This document shows positions 45,120 to 55,363 of a stretch of 64,000 nt of DNA, one piece after another. A program made the translations under genes and the position numbers. The DNA is from an uncultured Nitrospinota bacterium (GTDB taxonomy: Bacteria; Tectomicrobia; Entotheonellia; J063; CAVPRW01). Positions within the stretch are counted from its first letter, which is position 1; every line of letters starts with the position of its first letter. Where the stretch lies: assembly GCA_963707985.1 (NCBI GenBank), contig CAVPRW010000048.1, positions 64,001 through 128,000 on the forward strand, read 5' to 3'. The notes beneath the pieces were generated by a model. It worked only from the letters and a program-made list of their open reading frames with translations, was not told the origin of the DNA and did not search any database.

Positions 45120-45995
45120 GTGTCCCTGGGACGCGGCGCATTTGTCGCGGGTGAGACGGTGATCATGATCGATAGCAAACAGCGTCTCTACCTGGTGACC
45201 CTGCAGCCTGGCGGTAAATACAGTTATCACGGCGGCATCGTGCAGTTTGATGACATCATCGGACAGCAAGAGGGGTTGATGCTCAATTCCTCTCACGATC
45301 ACTCCCTGGTGGTGTTTCGTCCTTCGCTGGCGCAATATGTGCTGAAGATGCCACGCGGCGCCCAGGTCATCTATCCGAAGGATTTGGGGGCCCTGGTGAT
45401 GGCCGCGGATATCTTTCCGGGTGCCGTGGTCCTCGAAGCCGGCACTGGGTCAGGCGCCCTCACGATGACACTGTTACGCGCTGTAGGGACTGACGGACGG
45501 GTCATCTCCGAAGAAATTCGCGAGGATTTCGCCCGTCGTGCAGCGGCGAACATCCGTCGCTTCATGGGTGAAACACCAAACCTCGAGATTCGCATCCGGG
45601 ATATCTATGAAGGCATCGATGTGCACGATGTGGATCGCATCGTCCTTGATCTGCCGGAACCCTGGCGGATCGTCGATGGCTTGGCCAAAGCGTTGCGGCC
45701 AGGGGGCTATGTCGCCAGCTATCTGCCCACCGTGCTGCAAGTCAAACGTCTGGTGGATACCCTTTTCCACCAGGGGGAGTTCGCGCTCATCGACACGGTT
45801 GAGATCCTGGAGCGCCACTGGCACGTCGCCGAGATGAGCATTCGTCCCGAACACCGCATGGTCGCCCACACGGGCTTTCTCACCGTTGCTAGAAAAGGCG
45901 CGCGCTTCTTTTCCAGGCTACGCCACACCCATGAGGTCAGCGAATTATCATCAGAGCTGGACGACGAATCGGCGTCAGAGCTGGATGAGACATAG
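45120..45995 (+). CDS. trmI: tRNA (adenine58-N1)-methyltransferase
   Basis: MPRGAQVIYPKD, LEAGTGSGALT, LDLPEPW, RPEHRMVAHTGFL. Confidence 0.93.
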   Translation: MSLGRGAFVAGETVIMIDSKQRLYLVTLQPGGKYSYHGGIVQFDDIIGQQEGLMLNSSHDHSLVVFRPSLAQYVLKMPRGAQVIYPKDLGALVMAADIFPGAVVLEAGTGSGALTMTLLRAVGTDGRVISEEIREDFARRAAANIRRFMGETPNLEIRIRDIYEGIDVHDVDRIVLDLPEPWRIVDGLAKALRPGGYVASYLPTVLQVKRLVDTLFHQGEFALIDTVEILERHWHVAEMSIRPEHRMVAHTGFLTVARKGARFFSRLRHTHEVSELSSELDDESASELDET

Positions 45996-46983
45996 GTCGC
46001 CGACTCCACCCAGCGATGCATCACGGTTCCACCTGTGGCGACAACGCCGCTGGAGTCTTGTTGTCCTCGGTGTCATGTGGTTCTTCGCCACCCCTCTGTG
46101 GTCCCAACCGACGCCGCCTGCCGTGTCTAGTGATCCCCTGACGGATGCGGACCAAATCCTTAGATTCGCCGATGCGCTGTTCAACGATGGTGACTATTTC
46201 CGTGCCATCACCGAATACAAGCGCTTCCTGTTCCTGTACGCCACCGACGCACGCGCCGGGCGGGTGCAATTGCAGGTTGGGTTGTCCTATCAGCGTGGGC
46301 AACAGTGGGACGATGCACGGCAGACCTTTGAGCACATTGTCGAGCAGTCTCCAGACCCTGCGGTCAGGGCAGAGGCGGCCTATCGCATCGGTGAAACATC
46401 CTTTCAGCAGGGACGCTATGCGCAGGCGATTGCGGACTTGCGCCCCGTCGCCGAACACTATGGACAAACCCCTGTGGGAGACCGGGCGCGTTATCTCCTG
46501 GGATGGAGTTATCTACGTGCCCGTCAATGGCCGGAAGCTTCCCAGACCTTTGAGGTGATCAACACGACAAGCCCATTGTTCCCATCGTCGCGTGCGCTGG
46601 CCGAGGCCGCTCGTGAAGGTGAGCAGCTCCCGCGCAAATCTCCGGCGCTGGCAGGGCTCATGTCCGCAGTCATTCCCGGAACTGGACACTTTTACACGGG
46701 TCGATGGCGTGATGGGACAATTGCCCTGCTGCTCAACGGCGCCTTTCTCGCTGCCGGCATTGAAGCGGTGTCTGCCGGCAACGAAGCCGCGGCTGGGGTT
46801 CTGCTCTTTTTTGAGGCAGCCTGGTACTCGGGAACCATCTATGGCGCTGTCAACGCCGCGCATAAGTATAATCGCGACCTCGAAGATCGTTGGCTACAGG
46901 GGCTCGAACGGCAGCATAGCCCGGCGGGGCGGTCGTTGGGCCGTGCCTCGCCCACGCTCGTCCTCGTGCAGATTCCCTTTTAG
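45985..46983 (+). CDS. Secreted TPR protein with C-terminal membrane domain
   Basis: FADALFNDGDYFRAITEYKRF, TPR repeats, KSPALAGLMSAVIPGTGHFY. Confidence 0.75.
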   Translation: MRHRSPTPPSDASRFHLWRQRRWSLVVLGVMWFFATPLWSQPTPPAVSSDPLTDADQILRFADALFNDGDYFRAITEYKRFLFLYATDARAGRVQLQVGLSYQRGQQWDDARQTFEHIVEQSPDPAVRAEAAYRIGETSFQQGRYAQAIADLRPVAEHYGQTPVGDRARYLLGWSYLRARQWPEASQTFEVINTTSPLFPSSRALAEAAREGEQLPRKSPALAGLMSAVIPGTGHFYTGRWRDGTIALLLNGAFLAAGIEAVSAGNEAAAGVLLFFEAAWYSGTIYGAVNAAHKYNRDLEDRWLQGLERQHSPAGRSLGRASPTLVLVQIPF

Positions 46984-47033
46984 GCATTGGCGCCACGATG
47001 AGCCAGGCTTGCCGGCGCGAATCTTCCTAGGAT

Positions 47034-47621
47034 ATGGGAACACGTCACTCAGCCACAGGCGCATGGCGAGATGGGAGAAGCCGCAAGCCACGAGTCTGTC
47101 GTCGTATCTGGACGTTGAGCTGGTGGATCACTCTCAGCTGTCTGACGCTGATGAGCTTTACCAGTTGCCGTGCTACGGTGGGCCACGTGATGGGTCAGCA
47201 ATTCGTCAGCTCCGCCTACGCCTTTGAGGTGCCGTTGCCAGGGGATGACTGGCAGCCGGTGCCTGGTGAGCTGACGGTGTTGACCCTCGCCCATACGCAA
47301 TTGGCCGCCGGCATCACGATCAGTGTCACCTGTCATCAGGTGCGCGACGTCCCTTTGGCTATCCTCACACGTCATCTGCTCTTTGGGTTCAAGAACATCG
47401 AGATTCTACAACAAGCACCACAGGCACTCAACGGCGTGCCAGCACTGAAGACCGTCGCACGCGCTCATCTTGATGGACGCGAGGTTCAACTTCGCGGCCT
47501 CGTCGTTCGACGCGACGGCTGCATTTATGACATGGTATACTTTGCAAGCCCTCAGGACTATTCCCCCGGCGAGCCCAGTTTTGAACGCATGATGGCCGGA
47601 TTTCGCTTTCTGCAACGCTAG
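47034..47621 (+). CDS. Hypothetical lipoprotein
   Basis: Hydrophobic stretch ending FTSC; lies inside the operon; start uncertain. Confidence 0.55.
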   Translation: MGTRHSATGAWRDGRSRKPRVCRRIWTLSWWITLSCLTLMSFTSCRATVGHVMGQQFVSSAYAFEVPLPGDDWQPVPGELTVLTLAHTQLAAGITISVTCHQVRDVPLAILTRHLLFGFKNIEILQQAPQALNGVPALKTVARAHLDGREVQLRGLVVRRDGCIYDMVYFASPQDYSPGEPSFERMMAGFRFLQR

Positions 47622-47631
47622 GGCGACGATC

Positions 47632-48408
47632 ATGCGCGCGGTATTTTTCTACCTCGGCGAGATGTCCCGTAAAATGGTCTATTACCTCGGGGATTTGGGT
47701 CTCCTGGTCTGGGACATCCTACGTCAGGCCTTCGTGCCCCCATGGCACGTGGGACTGATCATCCAGGAGATGGACGGCATCGGCGTCAAATCCATCTTTA
47801 TTTCCGCGCTGAGTGCGCTCTTCATCGGCATGGTGATGACCCTGCAGACGGGCTACGCTATGGCCCGCTTCGGGGCGAAAGCCTATATCGGGCCGGCCGT
47901 GGCGCTATCGGTCTTGCGAGAGCTGGGACCTGTGGTCACCGCCCTGTTAGTGGGGGGACGGGTGGGCTCCGGCATCTCGGCAGAGCTAGGGGCGATGAAG
48001 GTCACGGAGCAGATCGATGCCCTGCGCGCCATCGGCAGCAATTACATCAAGAAGCTGATCGTCCCAAAGGTCGCCGCCACCACGCTGGTGCTTCCCCTCC
48101 TGACGGTGATTGCCGATGCTATGGGGATTTTTGGCGGCATGGTGATCGCGGTGCTGCAGTTCGATATCGACCCGATCCTCTTTATGAATTCCATCATCTA
48201 CCAGATTACCTTCTACGACATTCTTAGCGGTATCGCCAAGACCTTTTTCTTCGGCTTTCTCATCGGCCTCATCGGCTGTTACAATGGCCTGAGCGTCAGC
48301 CGTGGCACCGAGGAGATCGGCCAGTTTACTACCGCCACTGTCGTGGCCGGGGCGATTAGCGTCCTAATCGCCGATTTCTTTTTGACTAAACTCTTCCTGA
48401 TGTTTTGA
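47632..48408 (+). CDS. mlaE: MlaE lipid-asymmetry permease
   Basis: RELGPVVTALLVGGRVGSGISAELGAMKVTEQIDAL. Confidence 0.93.
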   Translation: MRAVFFYLGEMSRKMVYYLGDLGLLVWDILRQAFVPPWHVGLIIQEMDGIGVKSIFISALSALFIGMVMTLQTGYAMARFGAKAYIGPAVALSVLRELGPVVTALLVGGRVGSGISAELGAMKVTEQIDALRAIGSNYIKKLIVPKVAATTLVLPLLTVIADAMGIFGGMVIAVLQFDIDPILFMNSIIYQITFYDILSGIAKTFFFGFLIGLIGCYNGLSVSRGTEEIGQFTTATVVAGAISVLIADFFLTKLFLMF

Positions 48409-48411
48409 GGG

Positions 48412-49150
48412 ATGCCCCCTGTGATCGAACTCCACGCCGTGCACGTCGCATTTGACGGCCATGAGGTGCTGCGTGGCATCGACCTGTCAGTCATGAACGG
48501 TGAAATTCTGACCATCATGGGCGGCAGTGGTTCGGGCAAGAGCGTCTTGCTCCGCCTCATCGCCGGGCTCATTAAGCCCGATCGGGGGGAGATCCGCATC
48601 GACGGCACCGACATCGTCCCTCTGAACGAAGAGTGCCATGCTCAGCTTTCGGCAGCGCATGGGGGTGGTGTTTCAGCAGGCAGCGCTGTTCGACTCCATG
48701 TCTGTCGCCGACAACATTGCCTACCCGCTACACGAGCATGCCATGCTCGATGAGGCGTCGATCCGGCCGCGCGTAGCCGAGTTGCTGGACATCGTAGGCC
48801 TGCCTGGCATTCAGGAAAAATTTCCAGCTGAGCTGAGCGGCGGCATGCGCAAGCGGGTTGGCATCGCCCGGGCGTTGGCGATGAAGCCCGCCATGGTGTT
48901 GTATGATGAGCCCACGTCGGGCCTTGACCCCGGCAACTCCAAGCTGATTAGCCAATTGATTATGCAGGTGGCCACAACATTTGGCACCACGTCCGTCGTC
49001 GTTTCCCACGACCTCTACTGGTCGCTGCAGATCTCCACACGGGTCGCGCTGATGTATGGCGGCAAGATCATCACGGTAGGCACGCCGGCCGACATTCAGT
49101 CCTCACCGATCCTCGAGGTGCAGGCGTTCTTAGCAGGAGATCTGCATTAA
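48412..49150 (+). CDS. mlaF: MlaF ABC ATPase; frameshift ~48635
   Basis: GGSGSGKS, FQQAALFDS, LSGGMRKRV, YDEPTSGLDP. Confidence 0.9.
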
Positions 49151-49181
49151 AACTCAGGACTGAGGACCGAGGGCTGAGGTT

Positions 49182-50399
49182 ATGACAGGCACTTGGTCTC
49201 CCAGTTCTCAGTCCTTCCGGAGGATGACACTGATGGTCAAACAAAGGAGCGCTCAGATCCGCGTCGGCATCTTCGTGTTTTTCACCCTGGTGACGTTCAT
49301 GGCCGCCATTTTCTTGCTGGGCAGCCGCACGCAATACTTCCAACCTCAGTACAGGCTTAAGGCCGTGTTCTCCAACGTAGGCTACTTACTGGAAGGCGCC
49401 GGGGTCTATCTGGCGGGTGTTCAGGTAGGCCGCGTCGGCGAGATTCGGTTTTTCGAGGACATTGCGGCTCAGAAGGTCCTGGTCGTGTTGAAGGTTGCCC
49501 ATCCCTATCAGGAGCGCATTCGTCAGGACTCCGTGGCGGTCATTACCAGCTCTGGGTTGCTGGGCGATAAATACATCGACATCACCTTGGGCAGTGAGGC
49601 TGAACCAGAATTGTTAGATGGGATGTTTATTCGCACGCAGGAGCCGGCCGACTATGGTCAATTGATCCGGCAGGGCGAAGAAGTCCTCACGAACACGATC
49701 GAGATCACCAGTGCCCTGGGCGCCCTCACCAGTGGTTTTCGGTCAAGCCAAGCCCCCATGGCGGTGGCTGACCTACTGACCTCCCTGGCCCAGATGGCCA
49801 GGGCTATCGAGACTGGCGATGGTCTCATCCACGCCTTGATCTATGAGCAAGGTAACGAACGGATTTTCGCCGATATTGCGGCCGCCACGACGGCCCTGCG
49901 GGACACGCTGACAGGCATCAAGGAAGGGAAAGGGTTTCTCCAGACCTTGCTCACCGATCCCAATCCGGAGGTGGTGGCGCAATTCACCAAACTCCTGGGC
50001 TCGGCCCATAAGCTGTTGCAGGATATCGAGAAGGGGCAGGGTGTCCTGCACGCGCTGATTTATGATAAGCAGGGGGGTAAGGCCGTCAAAGATTTCGCCG
50101 GGGCTGCGGGCCATATGAACGAGCTCTTAGCCAAGCTACAGGGGCAGGAAGGACTCTTGGCGAGCCTTCTCAATGACCCGAAACAAAAGCAGGTGCTCGT
50201 TGATCTAGCCCACATCATGCACGACTCCCGACAGATCGCCGCCGACATCGCGGCCGGACGAGGTACTGTTGGTGGCTTCATCACAGACCCAACTCTTTAT
50301 GAAAACCTCACGGCTCTCCTCGAGGGCGCACGCCGAAGCTGGATTCTGCGGACGGTGATTCAGTCGACGGTGAACAAAGGGCAGGAGGGGGAACGGTAG
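49182..50399 (+). CDS. mlaD: MlaD/MCE domain protein
   Basis: IRVGIFV TM, L.EGAGVYLAGVQVGRV, SGLLGDKYIDITLG, helical tail. Confidence 0.88.
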   Translation: MTGTWSPSSQSFRRMTLMVKQRSAQIRVGIFVFFTLVTFMAAIFLLGSRTQYFQPQYRLKAVFSNVGYLLEGAGVYLAGVQVGRVGEIRFFEDIAAQKVLVVLKVAHPYQERIRQDSVAVITSSGLLGDKYIDITLGSEAEPELLDGMFIRTQEPADYGQLIRQGEEVLTNTIEITSALGALTSGFRSSQAPMAVADLLTSLAQMARAIETGDGLIHALIYEQGNERIFADIAAATTALRDTLTGIKEGKGFLQTLLTDPNPEVVAQFTKLLGSAHKLLQDIEKGQGVLHALIYDKQGGKAVKDFAGAAGHMNELLAKLQGQEGLLASLLNDPKQKQVLVDLAHIMHDSRQIAADIAAGRGTVGGFITDPTLYENLTALLEGARRSWILRTVIQSTVNKGQEGER

Positions 50400-51045
50400 C
50401 TAAGGAGTCCGGCGTCTTTCAGCGGTCCTGCGTCCACGCGGATGGTTCGGGGGCGAACTCGGGTCGCGTGGACGGGGACCGCCTTCGTACCTATAGGCCA
50501 AGGTCGCAGAGCGCCGTGGTTGTCGAGAACACGTGCGTTGACGCAACCATGTCTATGGCTGCGTCAGCATGGAAAGGACGGACAACTTCGCACCTGGCAT
50601 CCCATCGTGCTCTGAGGGTTGAGAGCCGGGCTTCGTGGCGTGCGGCCTTGTGAGCAGCCCACCAATCTGTAAGCTGCTGATACCATCCATTTCGGTCCGT
50701 TGCTCGGCCGACACCAATATGCGTTCCCCATACGGTGATATGTCCATTGGCGTGCATGGTAACCTCCTTGACTGCTTGAGTACGGCCATCTTCTATTGTG
50801 TGCGGTTCGATCAACCAACCGCTTGAGACATAGTATCGTCCCTTACCATTCAAAAATCCAACGAATTATTATCATGAAAATCATGAATAATATTTATGGA
50901 TAAGCTGGTTTTGGCGTCGCTGCAATGGCTCGGTGTCAATGGAGCCTGAGGCAGTGGTGTGAGGGATACGTGCGGAAATGGAACAGCCGTCGGTTGCCTT
51001 GTAAATTCGATTTTCATGCGTCGTGGTGCGCTCAGGGAGCATGAG

Positions 51046-51154
51046 AGTTCTGTAGCAAAGTTGCTTTTTCGTGCGTGTTGGCCTCTGTCAGCCATTGAAT
51101 TCCTGACACGCGATTTTGGGATTTTGCCCCAACATTGAACTTTGCGACAGAAGC
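51046..51154. mobile_element. MITE with IS6-like ends, copy 2
   Basis: AGTTCTGTAGCAAAGTT..AACTTTGCGACAGAAGC; internal similarity to copy 1 (TGCTTTTTCG, GATTTT..GATTTTGCCCC). Confidence 0.72.
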
Positions 51155-51377
51155 TGATGCAACACTCTTGGTGCTCCAAACGGTAGTGCACTCCATGTAA
51201 TGCTTTTTCTCGGAAACACCCTACAAGCACTCTTTATATTTAATGGGTTGCGGCGCCATCATTGCCAGCGAGCATTACTTGGATATCACTACCCAATTGC
51301 CGGGCTGATCCCAGCGATTCTAGCCTACCGAACTGAGGTCGCAGACAATCTTGCACCGCTCTCGCGAGGTGAGGCTC

Positions 51378-51875
51378 ATGTGTGGACGGTTTTGCAATGT
51401 TATCTGGGCTCTCGGGGTCGCATGGCTCATGTGCACGACGCTCGCCAGTGCCCAGGAGGTCACCCGGCTGACCTTCGCGCAGCTGATCGACTCGATCCGA
51501 GCCGATCTGGAGCTGACGCAGAAGATCAAATCCCTCTCGGGCACAGAAGTGGAGATTCAGGGATTCATCATCCCGGCCGGTCTGCCTGACCTGGCGTTCT
51601 TCCTGCTCAGCCGTGTCTCGTCGATCGGTAACTATTGTTGCGAAGCTCCGGTAGGACAGGATGAGACCGTCTACGTGTTCGCGACCCGCGTCGACCACAT
51701 AACCTATGATCCGCTGCGCGTGTATAAAGTGTGGGGGGTGTTCGAGGCCGGTCTGAAGAAAGATGAGGTCTATGGTCTCAGCCTCTTCCGCATTCGTCAG
51801 GCGCGCGTGGAGGAGGCAGTCGGCGCCCCCATCATGAAGGTGGGAGAGAAGGCAGCTCCATCCTTAAGCAAATAA
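51378..51875 (+). CDS. DUF3299-like exported protein
   Basis: Signal peptide; LSGTEVEIQGFIIP..FLLSR..CC. Confidence 0.55.
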   Translation: MCGRFCNVIWALGVAWLMCTTLASAQEVTRLTFAQLIDSIRADLELTQKIKSLSGTEVEIQGFIIPAGLPDLAFFLLSRVSSIGNYCCEAPVGQDETVYVFATRVDHITYDPLRVYKVWGVFEAGLKKDEVYGLSLFRIRQARVEEAVGAPIMKVGEKAAPSLSK

Positions 51876-52296
51876 GGCCGCTTCCCCTGCCGTAATCTGC
51901 GACGCGCGGGAGCTGTTAGGCGGCGACAACCGCGCATGAGAAACTTCTAATTTTCCATTAATCCCTTTTTCAGGTTTCCGCGCTATATTCACTGGTAGGC
52001 AACCAACTGGGTCAGCCGTTGCTGGGACAGACTGTGCTAGAGATGCGAACAGCACTATAGAAGGATGGGTGCAGTTGCGCAGCCTGATGATCGCATCGAA
52101 TCTACTGGGGACTGGAGCGTCCCCAGCGCAGGACAGCAGGCAGCTGGCCCTATTAATCACGAACCCCCCGTCGGGAAATAGCGCACATGCGAAGTATTGC
52201 ACCTCTGATCTTCAGATTTGTCGTCCGACGTTCTCGCCATCTGAGCGCTGACGCACGTGGTGGAGAGGTGCGGATTGGGATCCGGGAGATGCCGAT

Positions 52297-54105
52297 ATGA
52301 CTGGCCTTCGCCCACTGCTTCGCGATGCCTGGGCCATCGTCCGCCCGTATTGGTTCTCGGATGACCGTTGGGCAGGACGGGGATTGCTCCTCGTTGTCAT
52401 CGCGCTCACCCTTGGGATCGTCTATATCAATGTCCTCCTGAACCAATGGAATAATACCTTCTACAACGCACTGCAGGACAAGGATTACGCCGTCTTCATG
52501 CAGCAGTTCATCCGCTTCTCATGGCTCGCGGGCCTCTACATCGTCGTGGCCGTCTATCAACTCTATCTCACCCAGATGCTCCAGATTCGCTGGCGGCGCT
52601 GGCTCACTGAATACTACCTCCGCGCCTGGCTATCCGACGGCGCCTATTACCGGATGCAGCTCGTGTCGGGTGAGACCGATAACCCCGACCAGCGCATCGC
52701 CGAGGACATTCGTCTGTTCATCTCCGGCACTCTCGATCTTGCCATCGGCGGTCTGCGCGCGGTAGTAACATTGATCTCCTTCGTGGCGATCCTCTGGGGG
52801 CTTTCGGGACCGCTCGTTATCCCCCTCGGTAGTACCTCCGTCACTCTGCCTGGGTACATGGTCTGGGCCGCGCTTCTCTATGCCATCGTCGGCACCTGGC
52901 TGACCAATTGGGTCGGCCGACCGCTCGTCCGGTTGAACTTCGACCAGCAGCGCTACGAGGCCGACTTCCGCTTTGGCCTCGTCCGATTCCGCGAGAACAC
53001 CGAAGGTGTAGCCCTCTACCGTGGCGAGTCTGACGAGCTGCGCGGCTTTCGTGAGCGGTTCGGTGCAGTGGTGCGGAACTGGTGGGACATCATGCGCCAG
53101 CAAAAGCGGCTGACGGGCTTCACCGCCGGCTATGGCCAGGCGGCGATCATCTTCCCCTTCATCGTCGCGGCCCCACGCTACTTCCGGGGAGAGATCCCCC
53201 TCGGCGGCTTGGTCCAGACCGCCACAGCCTTCGGGCAGGTGCAGCAGGCGCTGAGTTTCATCGTCTCTGCCTACTCGGACATCGCCGCGTGGCGCGCGGT
53301 GGTGGAGCGGCTGGCGGGCTTCGAGCACGCTCTTGATCGTGTGCGCTTTGAGGCGGCTACCACCAACGGCATCCGGCGCGCCAACGGAGAGGCAGCACAT
53401 CTAGCTGTAGAGGGCATCGAGCTAGACCTCCCCAGCGGTCAGCCGCTCGTCGCGAACGTCAACCTCTCACTGGCGCGCGGCGATACCATCCTTTTGCGGG
53501 GACCTTCCGGCTCTGGCAAGAGCACGCTCATCCGCGCCATCGCAGGGATCTGGCCCTTTGGGCGCGGCGAGATCCGCGTGCCGAAAGACGCCCGTGTCCT
53601 CTTTCTTCCCCAGAAGCCTTACCTGCCGATCGGCGCGCTCCGGGACGTCGTGAGCTACCCAATGCCGACAGGCGGGTTCGATGACGCCACGCTGTGCGAA
53701 GCGCTCGAGGCGGTGGGATTGCCCGAGCTGGCCAGGCGGCTCGACGAGTCTAACCACTGGGCGCTCCAGCTTTCCCCCGGAGAACAACAGCGCATCGCCT
53801 TCGCCCGCGCCCTTGTCCAGAAGCCTGATTGGCTCTTCCTTGACGAAGCGACTTCGGCTGTGGATGAGGCAACCGAGGCGCGCCTTTATCAACTGGTGCG
53901 CGAGCGGCTCGTTGGGACAACCGTGTTTAGCGTCGGCCACCGAGCCACGCTACGCCCATTCCACGCCCGCCAGCTGGTCCTACAGCCCGATGGGGGCGGG
54001 TCCGCCTGCATCGGGGAAGTGGGCGCGGCGTCTGCCCCGACATCGCGACCATGTGTCGCAGATGTTGAGCAGTGTTATAGAGTCCCCTGCGGGGCGCAGG
54101 ATTAG
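52297..54105 (+). CDS. Fused ABC permease/ATPase (YddA/BacA-like, ABCD type)
   Basis: DNPDQRIAED, EADFRFGLVR..E.VALYRGE, GPSGSGKS, LSPGEQQR, LDEATSA. Confidence 0.92.
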   Translation: MTGLRPLLRDAWAIVRPYWFSDDRWAGRGLLLVVIALTLGIVYINVLLNQWNNTFYNALQDKDYAVFMQQFIRFSWLAGLYIVVAVYQLYLTQMLQIRWRRWLTEYYLRAWLSDGAYYRMQLVSGETDNPDQRIAEDIRLFISGTLDLAIGGLRAVVTLISFVAILWGLSGPLVIPLGSTSVTLPGYMVWAALLYAIVGTWLTNWVGRPLVRLNFDQQRYEADFRFGLVRFRENTEGVALYRGESDELRGFRERFGAVVRNWWDIMRQQKRLTGFTAGYGQAAIIFPFIVAAPRYFRGEIPLGGLVQTATAFGQVQQALSFIVSAYSDIAAWRAVVERLAGFEHALDRVRFEAATTNGIRRANGEAAHLAVEGIELDLPSGQPLVANVNLSLARGDTILLRGPSGSGKSTLIRAIAGIWPFGRGEIRVPKDARVLFLPQKPYLPIGALRDVVSYPMPTGGFDDATLCEALEAVGLPELARRLDESNHWALQLSPGEQQRIAFARALVQKPDWLFLDEATSAVDEATEARLYQLVRERLVGTTVFSVGHRATLRPFHARQLVLQPDGGGSACIGEVGAASAPTSRPCVADVEQCYRVPCGAQD

Positions 54106-54124
54106 CTGGCCAGGGAGGAGGGTG

Positions 54125-55363
54125 GGTAGCTCCACACTAAACCGTGGTGCAGTGAGGTTGTAAAGGAAATGGGGGTCCTGACATATTTCTCTTGGCCATG
54201 TGTCCACGCACAGCCAGGAGGATCGTCATGGACCCCACGACGGTATGCTGCCCGAATGTGGCATGTCCCGCCCGCGGCCAAGCAGGCGAGGGCCATATTC
54301 GTCTCCACGCGCGCAAGGACAAACGGAGGCTCTGCACGGCGTGCCACCAGACGTGTACCGCCACGACAGGCACAGCGTTGTACCGCCTGCGGACCTCGGC
54401 AGAGCCGGTCAGCCTCGTGGTCACGCTGCTGGCGCACGGCTGTGCGCTGCCAGCGATCGTCGTCGCCTGTGGGTTCGATGAGCGGACAGTGGCGGCGTGG
54501 GGGGCGCGCGCTGGCCGACAGGGCCAGGCGGTCCAGGAACATCGGGTGGAGCGCCCACGAGACCTGGGCCAGGTGCCAGCCGATGAGATCCGCGTCAAGA
54601 CGCCGGGCGGCATCGTGTGGATGGCGCTGGCGATGCTGGTCAAGACACGGCGGTGGCTGGCCGGCGAGGGCAGTGCGCCTCGTGATAGGCCGCTGATTCG
54701 CCGGCTCCTCGAGCGCGTGCGCCGCGGTGCTGCGCCCGCTCCGCTCTTGCGGTGCACCGATGGCGTGTCCGCCTACGTCCGGGCGAGGCGTGAGACCTGT
54801 CGCGATCCGGTACGCACAGGCGCGCCCGGGCGCCCTCGGCTGCGCCCCTGGCGCCATCTCGACATCGCGCAGGTCGTGAAGCGCGACGTGCAGCGGCGCG
54901 TGGTCGACATCGAGCGCCCTATCGTGGATGGCACGCCCACGCGTGTCGAGACGCTCAGGCGTCGCTCGCACGGGCACGGGGTGAGCCACACCGCAGACAT
55001 CGAGCGGCTCCAGGCGACGTTCCGGGAGCGCTTGGCGTCGCTGACACGCCGCGGGAGCGCGCTGGCGCGTCGTCCGCTGACGCGGCAGCACGGGATGGAT
55101 CTGATCGGCAGTGTCGACCACTGCTGTACGTACCCTGCCAGTCTGCGCCGCACGGCATCGGCGGCTGGTATGACGTGTCTCCAGAGGACGCCTAGCATGG
55201 CTGCCGGGATCACGGATCATGGCTGGACCGTCCAGGAGCTGCTGTCGTTTCACGTACCACCACCCCGCTGGACGCCTTCCACGCCGCGGGGGCGCCCCTC
55301 GCGGGCACGGAAACGCCTGATAGCACGCTGGTGCTCATGACCACGGTTTAGTGTGGAGCTACC
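54125..55363 (+). mobile_element. IS1-family-like insertion sequence
   Basis: Perfect 24-bp terminal inverted repeats GGTAGCTCCACACTAAACCGTGGT (54125-54148 / 55340-55363); no TSD visible. Confidence 0.88.
54228..55340 (+). CDS. IS1-like transposase (Zn ribbon, HTH, DDE), heavily substituted
   Basis: CPNVAC..CTAC, ADEIRVK, CTDG, IER..TFRERL, RTPSMAAGITDH. Confidence 0.8.
   Translation: MDPTTVCCPNVACPARGQAGEGHIRLHARKDKRRLCTACHQTCTATTGTALYRLRTSAEPVSLVVTLLAHGCALPAIVVACGFDERTVAAWGARAGRQGQAVQEHRVERPRDLGQVPADEIRVKTPGGIVWMALAMLVKTRRWLAGEGSAPRDRPLIRRLLERVRRGAAPAPLLRCTDGVSAYVRARRETCRDPVRTGAPGRPRLRPWRHLDIAQVVKRDVQRRVVDIERPIVDGTPTRVETLRRRSHGHGVSHTADIERLQATFRERLASLTRRGSALARRPLTRQHGMDLIGSVDHCCTYPASLRRTASAAGMTCLQRTPSMAAGITDHGWTVQELLSFHVPPPRWTPSTPRGRPSRARKRLIARWCS

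Noticed and set aside
1..49150. Frameshifts in the SBP, sigma-54 activator, AraC regulator, MFS, phosphoesterase, ThDP enzyme, ttuA and mlaF as programmed frameshifting or mass pseudogenisation
   Set aside because: Scattered single-base indels in otherwise intact genes with no shared slippery motif; long-read error is simpler. Raw reads are needed to settle it.
49153..49215. Heptamer-like repeats (AGGACTGAG / CTCAGTCCT) between mlaF and mlaD
   Set aside because: Short intergenic REP-like hairpin seen once; not enough support for a call.
54102..55253. 383-aa antisense ORF inside the IS
   Set aside because: Shadow of a GC-enriched transposase with no recognisable domain.
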